From: Flaccisagitta enflata
Lineage: Eukaryota
Reading direction: 5' to 3'
Assembly (NCBI GenBank): GCA_965153355.1
Contig: OZ231126.1
Location: 46,314,001-46,378,000 of the forward strand
DNA: 64,000 nucleotides
A program made the translations under genes and the position numbers. This document shows positions 40,824-53,800 of the stretch, piece after piece (positions within the stretch are counted from its first letter, which is position 1; each line of letters begins with the position of its first letter). The notes below the pieces were generated by a model, which searched no databases, was not told where the DNA came from, and saw nothing but the letters and a program-made list of their open reading frames with translations.

Positions 40824-41303
40824 GATTAAGGGAAATAAGTTACACACCAACACTTAACCTTGAAAACAAACAAAAACCGATAAACAAAAAGAGGATGCTT
40901 AAAAATAACTGGAGGCACTACTCTAATGTAAGAGAGAAGGTGGGGGGGGGTGTAATAACGGGAGGCACGCGACGAATCAGTTACAAAAGAAAGTTAGGCT
41001 GACGCATGGCACATGATATGAGACCAAAAACAAAACAAAACTAAAACTAACATGTAAAACGAGCAAGGTATGAAAAGAAGCAAAGGCGCGGTTGGTCGAA
41101 TAAAACGGAAAATTTGATTCAACAAAAAAGTTCAATCCGGCTTGGAGCAGAAAGATCGGAAATAACAAGCGACCAACGCGCCTGTAATTGTCCTACGAAG
41201 TACACGTAGAAAAGTAGCAACAATGCTCGACAGCTTGAAAGCCCCATGGCTACAAACAAAACGAATAACTGATAAAGATGCAAAAACAAAGCTTCTTATC
41301 TTT

Positions 41304-44300
41304 CTAAATCAACGACTTCAGAACGTCCATTTTCTTGGCCATTTCTTCGATCTTTTTGGAGGCTTCGGCGTTTTTCTTCTCCATCTCAGCCAATCTTTCC
41401 TTCAGGCTGTGGTTTTCATCCTTCAGGCTTCGATAATCTTCGTTCGTGGCGACAACCGTTTGGTCTTCCACCGGGGCCAGCTTTGGATTCGTAGAGGCAG
41501 CGACGGCCGGATTCGCCTCGACGTTGTTGTTCAAATCCACGACGTTGTTGTTCAAATCCACGACGTTGTTATTCAAATCCACGACGTTGTTATTCAAATC
41601 CAAGACAGTGGCGGAAGTGGATGGCTTGGTAGTCGGCCCCGCGTTCCTAATTTCGTCTTCCGCCAACTCGAGATAGCCATCGTTTCTTAGCGACAAAGCG
41701 ACATCGCTGCCGTCGACTACCAAACTCACGATCATCGTAGGAATGGCGCCCGTGGAATCGATTTCGTGACATCGAACTGCGACTTCCGCGTTGACGATAT
41801 CGCTGAGAATCTGGCTGATGTCGGATCGAGGCCGAACAACCCCTCGGAGGGCGCAAGGAGCGCAGAGAGCCGGCAATTTCAGCAAATCGTTTGGAATGTC
41901 GACGAGATCCGTCGGAAGCAAAACCGCAGAATTGCCGTAGTCCACGAACCAAACTTTGATCTTGTCTGAAAAGGGCGGAAAGGGAAGCGGAAGCGTTTAA
42001 CAATTATGGTAGATCTTTTACAGCGCTCAGCGTATTGTAACGTGAGAGTTGAAATAAGCTGTATACAAGATTCACCATCGCAACTACCTGGTTCCACGTC
42101 TTCAAAAGCTGCAGTTATCACAGCGCGATAGAGCTGTGAAGAGAAAAGAAATTAGAAAATTAGTTTCGTACCTCCGCGTCCCACGATTTTAAGAAAAGAT
42201 TGAGGTGCCTTTCATTTTTAGGGACGGAGGGCAAATTTTTGGTATCGGTGTCATATCTTTATAGATATCTTTTTAAATTTCAAATCTCAGATTATCTGAA
42301 CCAGTTTCCCGCGTTGAGCTCGCATATTCGTAAGTAGCAAGACAAAAAAAATCCACTTCTGGGCACCCGTTTTCATTTTTTTATAACTTTTTGCTTGTAG
42401 AAACCTTTGTCAAAATGATGTAACAATGATGTAACAGATGCTCTTAACGAAGGTATCTCATGTAAATTTCAGAAAAAAGAGAAATTTTTTTCTCTCTAAT
42501 GTTGTCATGGAATGTGTTCTCAAAGGTCAGGAAAGATATGACCGCTCTGCCATCTCATAACTTAATAGGAAATTCTGATATGCCCTCCTTTTCAGATGAG
42601 TCATTTTTTCCACTTTCTTTGGAGAACTTTTGACTATATACAATTCACGTTTATTTTTTTTGTAATGTAACACGTGGAGAGCACAAAATTGGTACATTCT
42701 ACAAGAATAATGCTCGACCTTACCAACAAAATTGATTTTGACCCCTTTCAACGAAAAAGATTTGATTTTTTGAAGCCAAACTGAATTTCGGACAAACGCG
42801 ATTTTCGTATTTATCAACATTTTTTGATTTGTCCCATCCCTGTCTCGTGTCATTAATGATGTTCTTATTTCTTACCAATAAAAGCTGATGACCTCATTCT
42901 TCTCCAGACACTTCCTAATGACGGGGGCTTTCAATCGAAATGAAATTCACCTCTAGTTTCGTTTTTTTCCACCCACTTAAGAGGCCGAGACGGAATTTCG
43001 GACAAATGGCTATTTTCGTATTTATCAACATTTTTACCGCTAGGCCAAGACGTGAGAAATCGTCCACTCTAACGCTCAGAAAACGCTAAGAAACATGTTA
43101 AAGATTCATGAACAGTCACAATTAGTTCTGTAAAGGCTTCAGGATGTTATTTTTGCATGCTGCTGTTTGTTGCAGCACAGTTGCAGCACTTTTGCAGCAC
43201 AATTTAAGACATTTCCGCAAATAGTATTTTTCTGTCAAAGATTGGTCTCTTCCGTTGGTCTTGGAGCATATAAGCATTTAAGTATAATGCTTGTTGGTCA
43301 TGTGCGGGCTTACAGTAACACATGCAGTACAATTGCAGCACAATTGCAGCATATTTGCTGCACATTTGCGAAAATCTTTTTTTCGAATTCATCTTTTCCC
43401 GTTGGCCTTTGAGTTCTGAAATACATTTGGGAATTGATAGTCATGTTGAAGACTAGAACAATAAGTTATCACACGCAGCATGATTGCAGCACATTTGCTG
43501 CATATTTGCTGCACACACTGAAAATTGCCGTTTACAAATTAGTTCTTTATGTATATGGTGCCTTCTATTTCTAGGGCAAATTTCTGTGATTTGTGTCATA
43601 TTTTTGTTGAAAATTTGTCAAATTTCCTATGTCCTATTTTCTGAGCCAACTTCTCACTTTGAGCTCGAATAAATGTGAGTAGTAAGACGAGATAATTCCA
43701 CTTCTGAACCCCAATTTTCAATTTTTTATGTATTTTTGCTTATACGATCATGCGTCAAAATGATGTGACAATAATGTAGCAAATGCTGATTACGAAGATA
43801 TCTAGAAAGAGGGGCTATTTTCTTTCCTAATATCATCATAGGATGTTACCTCAAAGATCTGCCTGCTTTCCCAACTGATAACCCTTTTAAAAATCACGAT
43901 GCGCCCTCTTCACCAAAATGAAGACTTTTTCCGTACTTTTCGGACAACTTTTGACTAAGCTCATACTACGATAATTTTAACAAAAATGCCACTTTCTCCC
44001 CAAAAGCTTTGTAATTACGAGGGCTTTCAATCGATATCAAAATAGCCATGAGCTTCCTTTTTTTTCTCCCTCTGTATAGACTGAAACTGAATTTCGGACA
44101 AATGCGATTTTCGTATTTGTCGACAATTTTACCGCAAAACCCGGAAAAAAGAAATGCTCCACTCTTTGAGGTTCAAAAGACACAACGGAACGAACTTGAG
44201 ACTCCTGAATAGTCACCATCAGTTGTGAGAAGGCTTCAAGATGTAATTCTATGCGTGCAACTGCATGCTGCAGCACAGTTGCAGCACATTTGTCGCAAAT

Positions 44301-47300
44301 CTACAGCATAGTTTAAGATATAATTTTTTTTCTTCAAAAGTAGTTCGCGATGGTCCGTAAGTATGTAAGAGGGGTTGGAGGCTTGTTATGCACGTGTAAG
44401 CCTAAAAACCCATGTGCAGCACATTTGCAGCATCAATGCAGCATACACTGAAAATCTTAATTCATCAATTCTATCTTTTCCCATTGGTCTCTCAGAGGTT
44501 TAGAAAGACGTTTGGGGATTGGATTTCATTTTGAAGACTAGAATGACATATATTGCATGATTGCAGCAAATAATGCATTTGGGTGTGTCAATATGCAAAA
44601 GTATTTTTGATCAGATCATCAACATTAGGGAATGTAAACAAAAGAATTCTAAGATATTTAGCATTTTTGTTTTTTCAAATTTCATTCATCTTCCTTTTTT
44701 TAGCGCAAGAAAAGATTGACAAAAATATATATACTTCCAGTATCTGCACCTAGATTTGGTGAAAATAAGACACATGATTTATGCAGAAAAGATAAGTTTT
44801 TATCTTTTTTTATAGATTTTGTGATAAATGAACAATATTTATTCGGTAAAAACTAGAATTAGCACTAAGATATAGTAGATCTCGTCTAGACTTGAGATAA
44901 CGGGGGCAAGCATTGTGGAAAGACAAATGAAGGCAGGGGAGCGATATTTGGATCATAGAATAATCAAAGGATGATTAATTCCCCATGATAGCTGGTTGCC
45001 ATGGAAACACATTTCCATGTATTCTCGCTGAAGTATCAATATTTTGAGAGATTTTTTTAGGGAACATTGCTTAAAATAACTTTCCCACAGTATGTTCTGT
45101 AAGAATGTCGCTCGTTTGGCCGTTGCTAGGGAGCGTATCCATGTGTGACAACCCCTAGCAACCGCTAAATGAGCAATATTCTTACAGAACATACTGTGGG
45201 AAAGTTGTAGCAAATTTTATTTTAAGCAATGTTCCCTAAAAAAATCTCTCAAAATATTGATACTTAAGCGAGAATACATAAAAATGTGTTTCCATAGCAA
45301 CCAGCTATCATAGGCAATAAAGCATCCTATTATTAGTCTATGTTTGAAATATCACTCCCCTGGCTTCATTTGTTTTCCTACAATACTTGCCCCCGTTATC
45401 TCAAGTCTAGACGAGATCTACTGTATTTATATATATAAACTTGATTATATTCCTGAGCAATAATGCTGATACAGAATCATTAACACAGCAATATACAAAT
45501 TAGCGGCTAAAAAGAGGTATTGAAAAAAACAGAAGATGAATGAAATTTGATAAAATAAAAACGCAAACGGTTTTAATATTTACTAATTAATGCTGTCTAA
45601 TGTTGATGGTCTCATCATAAAACCTTTTGCATATTGACACACCCAAATGCTGCATACACTGAAAATTACTGTTCAAAAATAATGTCTTTTCCCTATTAGT
45701 TTTTTTTCCAGGATCATCAATTCAAATCATTTTTGTGTGGTCAATAGAGTTGATAGTCGAAAAAGCGCCAGATAGTCTGTGGTATCAATTGTCTAAAAAT
45801 TGATATATGAATAGCGGTCAGCGGTACCCGTGCCCTGCTTCAGTGGTTTGTGATCAAAGTTGAGGGACGAACAGGGCAGCCATCCCAAAGGGGATGAAAT
45901 CCTGTTGAACAGAGAGAATCCGTCCATCCATCTGTGTCTGTCTGTCTGTCCATCAAATGATGAAATAATGCAAAATTCCCATTGAATATCACGCAAAGTT
46001 GAGGAAAAAATGAAATAATGCGAATTTACATGGAAAATGGAAAGTTTGAGGAAAATGAAAAAATAAGGAATTCTCAATAACATAGGAAATTGATGAAACA
46101 AGTAACGCAGGGTCGCACTAGTGTTGAAGACGGGTGGTCAGGGGCATCCAACCCTAATCCAATCTCCAACTTTTACGCCTAACACAGAAATTATCCAAAA
46201 CGCTTGTTTTTCCACTTTTTTATTCAATCATCACAGAAGGACCAATGGACCAACAGACCGACACCCAATGGAGTTGCGTGTTCACAAATAAAAATGAGAT
46301 TAGACCGTACAGCAGTGATAAATTAGGTTAACTCTAGCATTTAGGCAGGAGCAGTAAAGCAAAAACTACCGTTAATGCCAAACAACATCTCTCGCTATAC
46401 CCAAACTAAAATAAATGGAAAGGGCCTTGTGAGCCCTCACTGACTAGCTACTACGCGCATCACTCCCAGTTTTACATAAAACAGAATCTAAATAATATTT
46501 TTTTTTCAATCTAACCCAAAAGAAAACTGTTTACTAAAACTAGTTAAGAGTAAATGACACGTCACACGTCACACTGCAGTGACTACGGCTACTATAATCG
46601 AGTGAACAGTTAGAGCTTATATACATGTATAATTAGGCATGTGAGTGCATATATATTGATCTTTCGTACCAAAGACATGGAGCAAGGGTTGCTTATCAAT
46701 AGTCATGGACGTTGTTTCCACAATTGAACAAAGGATAAGTTATCTTTGCGGTCACAAACGCGAAAGGACTGATTCTGACGAGAATAGCCTAATTTGTATA
46801 GTCCGTCAGAAAAACTCGTCTTACGCGAGAAAAAGAGCCCATTAAGAAAATCGGATTGTGAATTTTATTAGCTCAAACATCATATTAACTGAAAATAAAA
46901 AGAAATCCAAGGATTTCTCGTTTCTAATTTTGCCGAATTTTTTACCTGGGTTCCACCCCTATTCATGAAAGGCACCTTGATCTCTCAAGATCATATGCAG
47001 AAATTTTAATAATTTCACCTGTCCCTCGAAAAGAGCCAAAACGGCTGCGCCGCGTCGTAACTGGCGTTTTTGATCTTCGAATATGCCTCTCCTGGTCATC
47101 AGCTCTTGGGTGGCCCCGAGTATGACCTCTTCCATTCCGGCGTAGTTGGGCAGATCGCTTGACGGTTGCATCAAGAGAGCGATATCTTTGACACTGGCGA
47201 CGTTCATGACGACGTTGTTGCTCTCTGCGCCGACTTGCAAATAATTCACGACGATTTTCTTCTCGGGACCAGCTGGCAAGATCGTCGACGCTGGAGGGGT

Positions 47301-50300
47301 GGGTGATCGGACGACGGATCGTGGGATCATCGAAAGGGGCGAGGTGATCGCGGAAGGCGACGGATTGTTTTTCGCGATGACGGCAACGGAACGCGAGGCG
47401 GACTCGGGGACTGCAACCGTTGGCGAGGGAGCTATTGACGTGACCTCCACTGGTGCAACGACTGGAGACGCCGCGACAGCAGCCGCTGGTGGCGCGGAAG
47501 TAGGCGTCGGGGCAGCCGCGGCGTTGTCTGCAGTTGCCCGAGAAGGCGCCGCTGAAGGGGTGGCCCTGGGAGCTGAAGCGGGTGCACCCCCAATTTTCGC
47601 GGCCAAGCGTTTCTCAACGAGGGTCTTCTGAAGCGCGACGTCGTTGAGAAGTAATATAACGAGAAAAACCTTGGACTCGGCGCTGTACTTGCGAACTTTG
47701 CAAGTGGAAACGGCTTCGGCGATCATAGCCTCCTAAAAAGGAGAAAATTGGAGTAAATTCTTCATAAGCATTCGTTGCTAACTCCAGGCGAATGTCATGG
47801 TATGCTCATCGAGAGATAGGCAGGAACCTGCAACAAGGTCTGAGCATCGGGAGACCAATCAGACATTCCGGAGGGCAGGGTAAGCCCGGAGAGCCGGCAA
47901 CGAAGAGACTGCAGAGGCACGTCGTAGTGTTTGCGAAGGATCTGTCGCACGTCTTTTAACGCCACCTGGACGATAAGACGATGTGCGTGATTAACTGTTC
48001 AAAACGATAGAAGATTCTAACTTGATGACAGTTTACATGAAAATAAAACAAGGGATAACCTGGTCGCAGTTGCCGTAATCAATAAATCGCAAGTTGACGA
48101 CAGTTTCCGGTTTGGGCTCCGCGACATCCTCCAACAACGCCGCTCGATACCATCCTTCGCTCCAAAGCGCCACCACCACCGTACCACATTTCAAAACGGA
48201 AGTCGTTGGGGACAGCGCATCAAGAAGAGGCGGCGTAGCCGGACCGTAAGCATTGAGATCCTGAGCCAGGGCCAACATGTCGAAAGCCTCTTCTTTCAAC
48301 GAGAGGTGGAAATCGACGGGGCTGATAAATTCGTTGATGTCGCAACTGACTGCCGCTCCCTCAACGAGAGACATGTGGCCTGAACATGCGAGAAAAAAGC
48401 TTAAAAACAACAGTCCTCGACTGTAGTCTTTTTGGTGTCTGACCCGGCTACTCAGTCTGACCCGGCTACTCAGTCTGACCCAGCTACTCAGTCTGACCCG
48501 GCTACTCAGTCTGACCCGGCTACTCAGTCTGACCCGGCTACTCAGTCTGACCCGGCTACTCAGTCTGACCCGGCTACTCAGTCTGACCCGGCTACTCAGT
48601 CTGACCCGGCTACCGATTGCATACCTTGTAGTCCATGGTGGCATACCTTGCAGCCTATGATGGCATACCTTGAAGTCCATGATGGCATTCTTTCAAGTCC
48701 ATGAAATGAATTTTTTTCAAAAAAAATTTTTTTTTTTTTTTTTTAAATTTTTTTTCAAAAAAAAAAATTTTTTTTCAAAAAAAAAAATTAAAAATTTTTT
48801 TTTCAAAAAAAAAATTTATAAGTCCAGGAAATAATGTTACTAGATACACCATAAATACCCTTATATTTTCTTAACCAATACTCAGAATTATCTGAAATAT
48901 TGCAGGGGAGCTTTAATTGATACAATGAACCTTCACAACAAGTTTGAACAACATTGGTGAACCTTTACTACCCTTCCCCTATGTAAAATGCACAAGTCCA
49001 GGAATTAATGCTACTAGCTAAATACCCTAATATCTTCTAAACCAATACTCAGATTTATCTGAAATCTTGCAGGGGAGCTTAAATTGATGCAAGTAACCTT
49101 CACAACAAGTTTGAACAACATTGGTGAACCTTTGCTACCCTTCCCCTATGTAAATTGCACAAGTCCAGGAATTAATATTACTACAAAAATAATAGGCAAA
49201 GGGTATTAAATATTTATGAATGTTGTTGAAAGTTGGTACACAGGATAGTAATGCTGTAAAAATAACACTGACCAAGTTTCATCAACATCTGAGTACTGGT
49301 TCCCAAGTTTTTAAGGGTTGACACAACAAACAACAGACGGCTTACTACACGATCAGTGCTATGTTATAGTCCTCGACGTAAACTGATCGTCGAGGACAAA
49401 AAAAGTTCCCAAGGAAATCAAGCGATTCCATCAAACGATTCTGTTCTGATAACTCTGAGCAAGGGACTTAAGTTCTGATAACTCTGAGCAAGGGACTTAC
49501 CTTGCGCCATGTCGGATAAGTTAAGCAACGAGTCGGCCGTGACGACAGGAGAAGTGGGTGTCGACGCAATGGCGGTGTCATTAGCACCAGTCTCAGCCGG
49601 AGTGGGAGCGACGGCGGCGGCTTGGGTGGAATATTTGGCGACGACCGCGTCGAAATCAGCCCTTGATTCGACGGGGGCGACCAAGTGCCTTTTATCAGGC
49701 AACTGCCGAATTTTGTCGACAGAGAAAAAGCAGCCCTCCGGAAAGAGGTTGCGAATGGAAGAAACGTCGTCTTCACTCCATCCACTGACGTCGCCTAACG
49801 ATGACAAAGTAAAGAAAATGGCGCTTTTGAGAGACAGGACAAAAAGACTAGGCCAATAAATGCGTCCTACTTGAATGTAAAATATTAACATTCAAAGATA
49901 CTTCGATAAAAACATCTCGATATTAAGACGTAAAGATATTCAGATATCCCCCACAGTGACAGACGGATCTAAAAAAGTCATTCCAACGAGACAGTAAGAA
50001 CAGTCATTACAGTGAAACACTAAGAACAGTCATTCCAACGAGGCAGAAAGAAATGAACGCAAAGGGAACGTATTTTATATTAAGAAAGGCACGGTGTTGA
50101 TCGAAATAATAAAATATGCTTAGAACTGCAGTGAATCCAAATTTACAATTCAGACTACCTTCTGCAGCGGTGCATCGAAAGCAAAGTCTTGGGACGTTCC
50201 TTATATCGTCGGATGATGGATAAATGGCCGAAGTTGGCGATTTGGCTTCGTTGCCGTAATCGACGAAATGAAGATCAACGTCGCCTTCTTTGATAGAGAG

Positions 50301-50513
50301 GACGACGGCGCGATAAAACACCCCCTCAAATTGGCTCAGGACCAGGGCGCCTGTTGGGATATTGTTTAAGAGATTCAGGGCAGAAGGTGGGAAAAAGTTT
50401 GGAAAACAGAAGAGAGCATTTTTCATTTGAGAAAAGAATGAAGGAGAGAGGAAAGAAAAGAGAGAAAAGCAAGAAAAAAGAGAAACACAAAGAGGGAAGA
50501 TAGGAAAGAAGGA

Positions 50514-50557
<44 letters not shown>

Positions 50558-50715
50558 AAAAGAGAGAAAAAGAAAGAACGAAAGAGGGACAGACATAGAA
50601 AGACAGAGAAAGAAAGAAAAAAAGAAAGGAAGAAAGGAAGAAAGAAATGAAAGAAAAGAAAAAGAGAGAAAAGAAAGAAAAGAGAGAAAAGAAAGAACCA
50701 GAGCAAAAAAGAATG

Positions 50716-50758
<43 letters not shown>

Positions 50759-50778
50759 AAAAAAGAAAAAAAGAAAAA

Positions 50779-50824
<46 letters not shown>

Positions 50825-53800
50825 AAGAAAACAAAAGACAACACTATTAGGTCCATCTTATAGTCCCACGGATCTGATTGCCGTGGGACAAAAAGAAACA
50901 AAGAAACACTGAGGAAGAAACAAATAAACAAAAGGAAAGAAAGAGAAAGAACGAAACGAAGAGAAAGAGACAAATAAAAACAAGGAAAGAAACGAGTAAA
51001 AATAGAAAGAAAGAAAGAAAGAAAGAAAGACAGAAAAAAAGAAAGAAAGAAAGAAAGAAGCACGCGATAATCATGGATAATAGACAAAATGTTTTCTTCT
51101 TCGTCTTTTATTGCTTGATATTCCCTAAAAAACCATACCTGGCTCCGGTTTGCTGGCAGATTCAGCAAAGGACTTGGCCTTTTCCACTTGGGTATCTACG
51201 ACGGTTTGTAATTTCACGGCCGCGACGATACAATCCTCGTTCTGGAGGTAAAATTCGCCGGGAGTGTTAAAATGCGACAGCAGAAATTCTCCACGATCTG
51301 GGAACGGAAATTCGGCCAATTCAACCACAGCCAAATCTTTGGCTGGGGCAGCCGAGGCAACTGGGACGGTAGGTTCGGCTGGAGCCGATGGGGCCGGATC
51401 TTGAGCAGCCACTGGTTGGGACGCCGCTGGCTTTGTTGCCGGCGTCGGGCTGGCTAAAACTGTTTCGGATGGCGACGCAGATTTCGCTTTTAAATAACCG
51501 GCGTCACCCAAGCAATCGATCACAGACACCCCGTTTACGTCAACGATCTTCGCAGCGAGAGGAGTGGACTGAGTAGTAACAAAATAAAGATTTTATGTTA
51601 GCCATGAGCTGTCGTCTGTGAAAATCGGCAATTAACACACTCATTTGTCAAAAACAGAGCAGCTCGGCTCAGCTCCGTGCCAAACAATGCGAACAACATC
51701 TTAATGAAGGGTAGAGGTTTTCCCCACTGAAGAGTAATTGATCTTTTAATTTTTCATTAGTACCTGGTTCTTAGGGTTGATGATGCTCAAATCGAAGGAA
51801 GGTGCAGGGTTCTTCATCCAACTTAGGATACTGTCATCCATTTCGCATGAACTGACGCTATACTTGCTCGACGAAGACAACTGCATCAAAAGGGCGAAAA
51901 GGTTACATAAAATAAAATAGCATCGTAGAATAGGATATGGAAGATAAAAGCGGAAATTCAAAAATGTGGATAAATGAGGTTGCGGAAAATGGGGAGGACC
52001 TGGAGAATAAGGAGGAAGAGAATGATGCAATGAGGAAAACGAAAATTTGGGAGGTAAAAAATGAAGTTTGATGAGAAAGTGGGTTGAGGAGCAACTGGAT
52101 TGAGGAGGAACACTAACGGGAAGAGAGTAAATGTCAGGAGAAACAATAATATCAGGACAGAGGAAAATCAGAACAGAAGAGAGTGAAACAACGAAAAAGG
52201 TAGAAAACAGGGGGGGGGAAGGCTAAAATCTTTTTAGCACATTTTAGCAAATTTTAGCACATTTTAGCATATTTTAGCAGATTTTAGCATGATTTTGAGA
52301 TAAGGGGATCCCTGCCACCAGCTAAAATTTGCTAAAATGTGTGAAAATTTGCTAAAATCTGCTAAAATCTGCTAAAATGTGCTAAAAGTTAAAGAAATCT
52401 TATCACCAGCCTTCAACCACAATAAAGGCTGAAATATGCTAAAATATGCTAAAATATGCTAAAATTCAGTAAAAATCTTGAGAATTTCTTAAAAATCAAT
52501 GTGCTAAAATCTGCTAAAACCTTTTCATCCTGTCAACCAACTAGCAATATAAAAATGCTCCCAGGTACTACAATTTTAGCATATTTTAGCATATTTTAGC
52601 ACATTTTAGCACATTTTAGCATTTCGGTGGTAATTTTCTTTTTGAATATTTTAGCAAATTCTAGCACCTTTTAGCATGACAATTAAATACATAAAAATGG
52701 TCCATTTTTTTGCAATTTTTGCACTTTAGGCCATTTTCCACTCATCATTTCATCAAAAAAAGCAAATTCTGCGCAGATTTTTAAAAGAACATTTTAGCAC
52801 ATTTTAGCACATTTTAGCACGGGAGATAAGGGGATCCAATGCTAAAATGTGCTAAAATGTGCTAAAATGTGCTAAAATGTGCTAAAATATGCTAAAATGT
52901 GCTAAAAAGATTTTAGCCTTCCCCCCCTGAGAAAAGGAAGAACAAGGAAAAATGGAACAAGTCAGTCATCCTATTATCAAATATGGTCAGCGGTGCCCGT
53001 TTCCCTGCTCTGCTGCTGTTTCAAAGTAGGGTGGTTGTCCTGTAGAACACGGCCCGGGTTGAATTTCTATACATCCAAAGAAGAAGTAAGTGGGTCGGGG
53101 AGGGTCTGATTGTGCCCCAGAGTAGACCTAAGACGGCTGGTCTCAGGCCTGAGAGGATTTCAGGCCTGTAAGCCTGTGAGGACCAATTTTAGGCCAGTTA
53201 GGATTGATTTCAGGCCTGTGAGCTGATTTCAGGCGTAAGAGTGTAAGGGATGGAAAACTGTAAAAGCAGCATAACGGAAGAATGTGATGATTTTAGGTTC
53301 CAGAGGCTAGATTTGGGCTTTGGGCCTCGGGGAAAAAGGGGGGGGCGCTATCCAAAAAAGTAGGAACGGGAAAAGAAGGACAAGGTAGAACAAAACGGAG
53401 GAAATGAGAAAGGATATGCGAACTGAGGGAGCTAGGAAAAGAAGGAAGATGAAAAGGAGAAACGGAGTTGAAATGGAGAAAAAGAAGGAAATTGAAAAGG
53501 AGAAAAAGAAGGAAGTTGAAAAGGAGAAATCAGAGAATGAGGAAGAAATAAATTGGGGAGAATGAAAGGTGTAGAAAGATGACCAGATATGAGTGAGACA
53601 AATTTCTGCAAATCATAACTCACCTTCACTGAGAAACAGAGGCGAGGATATTGAGCAAGTTTCTCAGATAGACGTTTCAACTGCGACTTTGACACGGTGA
53701 CAAAGTTTCCGTAGTCGATGAAGTGCACTTTGAAGTTTCCGTCCACGATCTCCAAAATTTCTGACAAAGGATCAAACAATAAGTCGGGACAACATCAGGG

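Noticed and set aside
40824-41303. Tudor-MIF4G fusion via the acceptor at 40859
   Set aside because: An in-frame TAA lies 2 nt after the acceptor; likewise a TAA follows the 61405 acceptor upstream of the Tudor gene.
48437-48613. Regular 18-bp array resembling a CRISPR array or coding repeat (SDPATQ / RVRLSS)n
   Set aside because: No spacers, eukaryotic context, and it lies in an intron upstream of the exon-15 acceptor at 48380.
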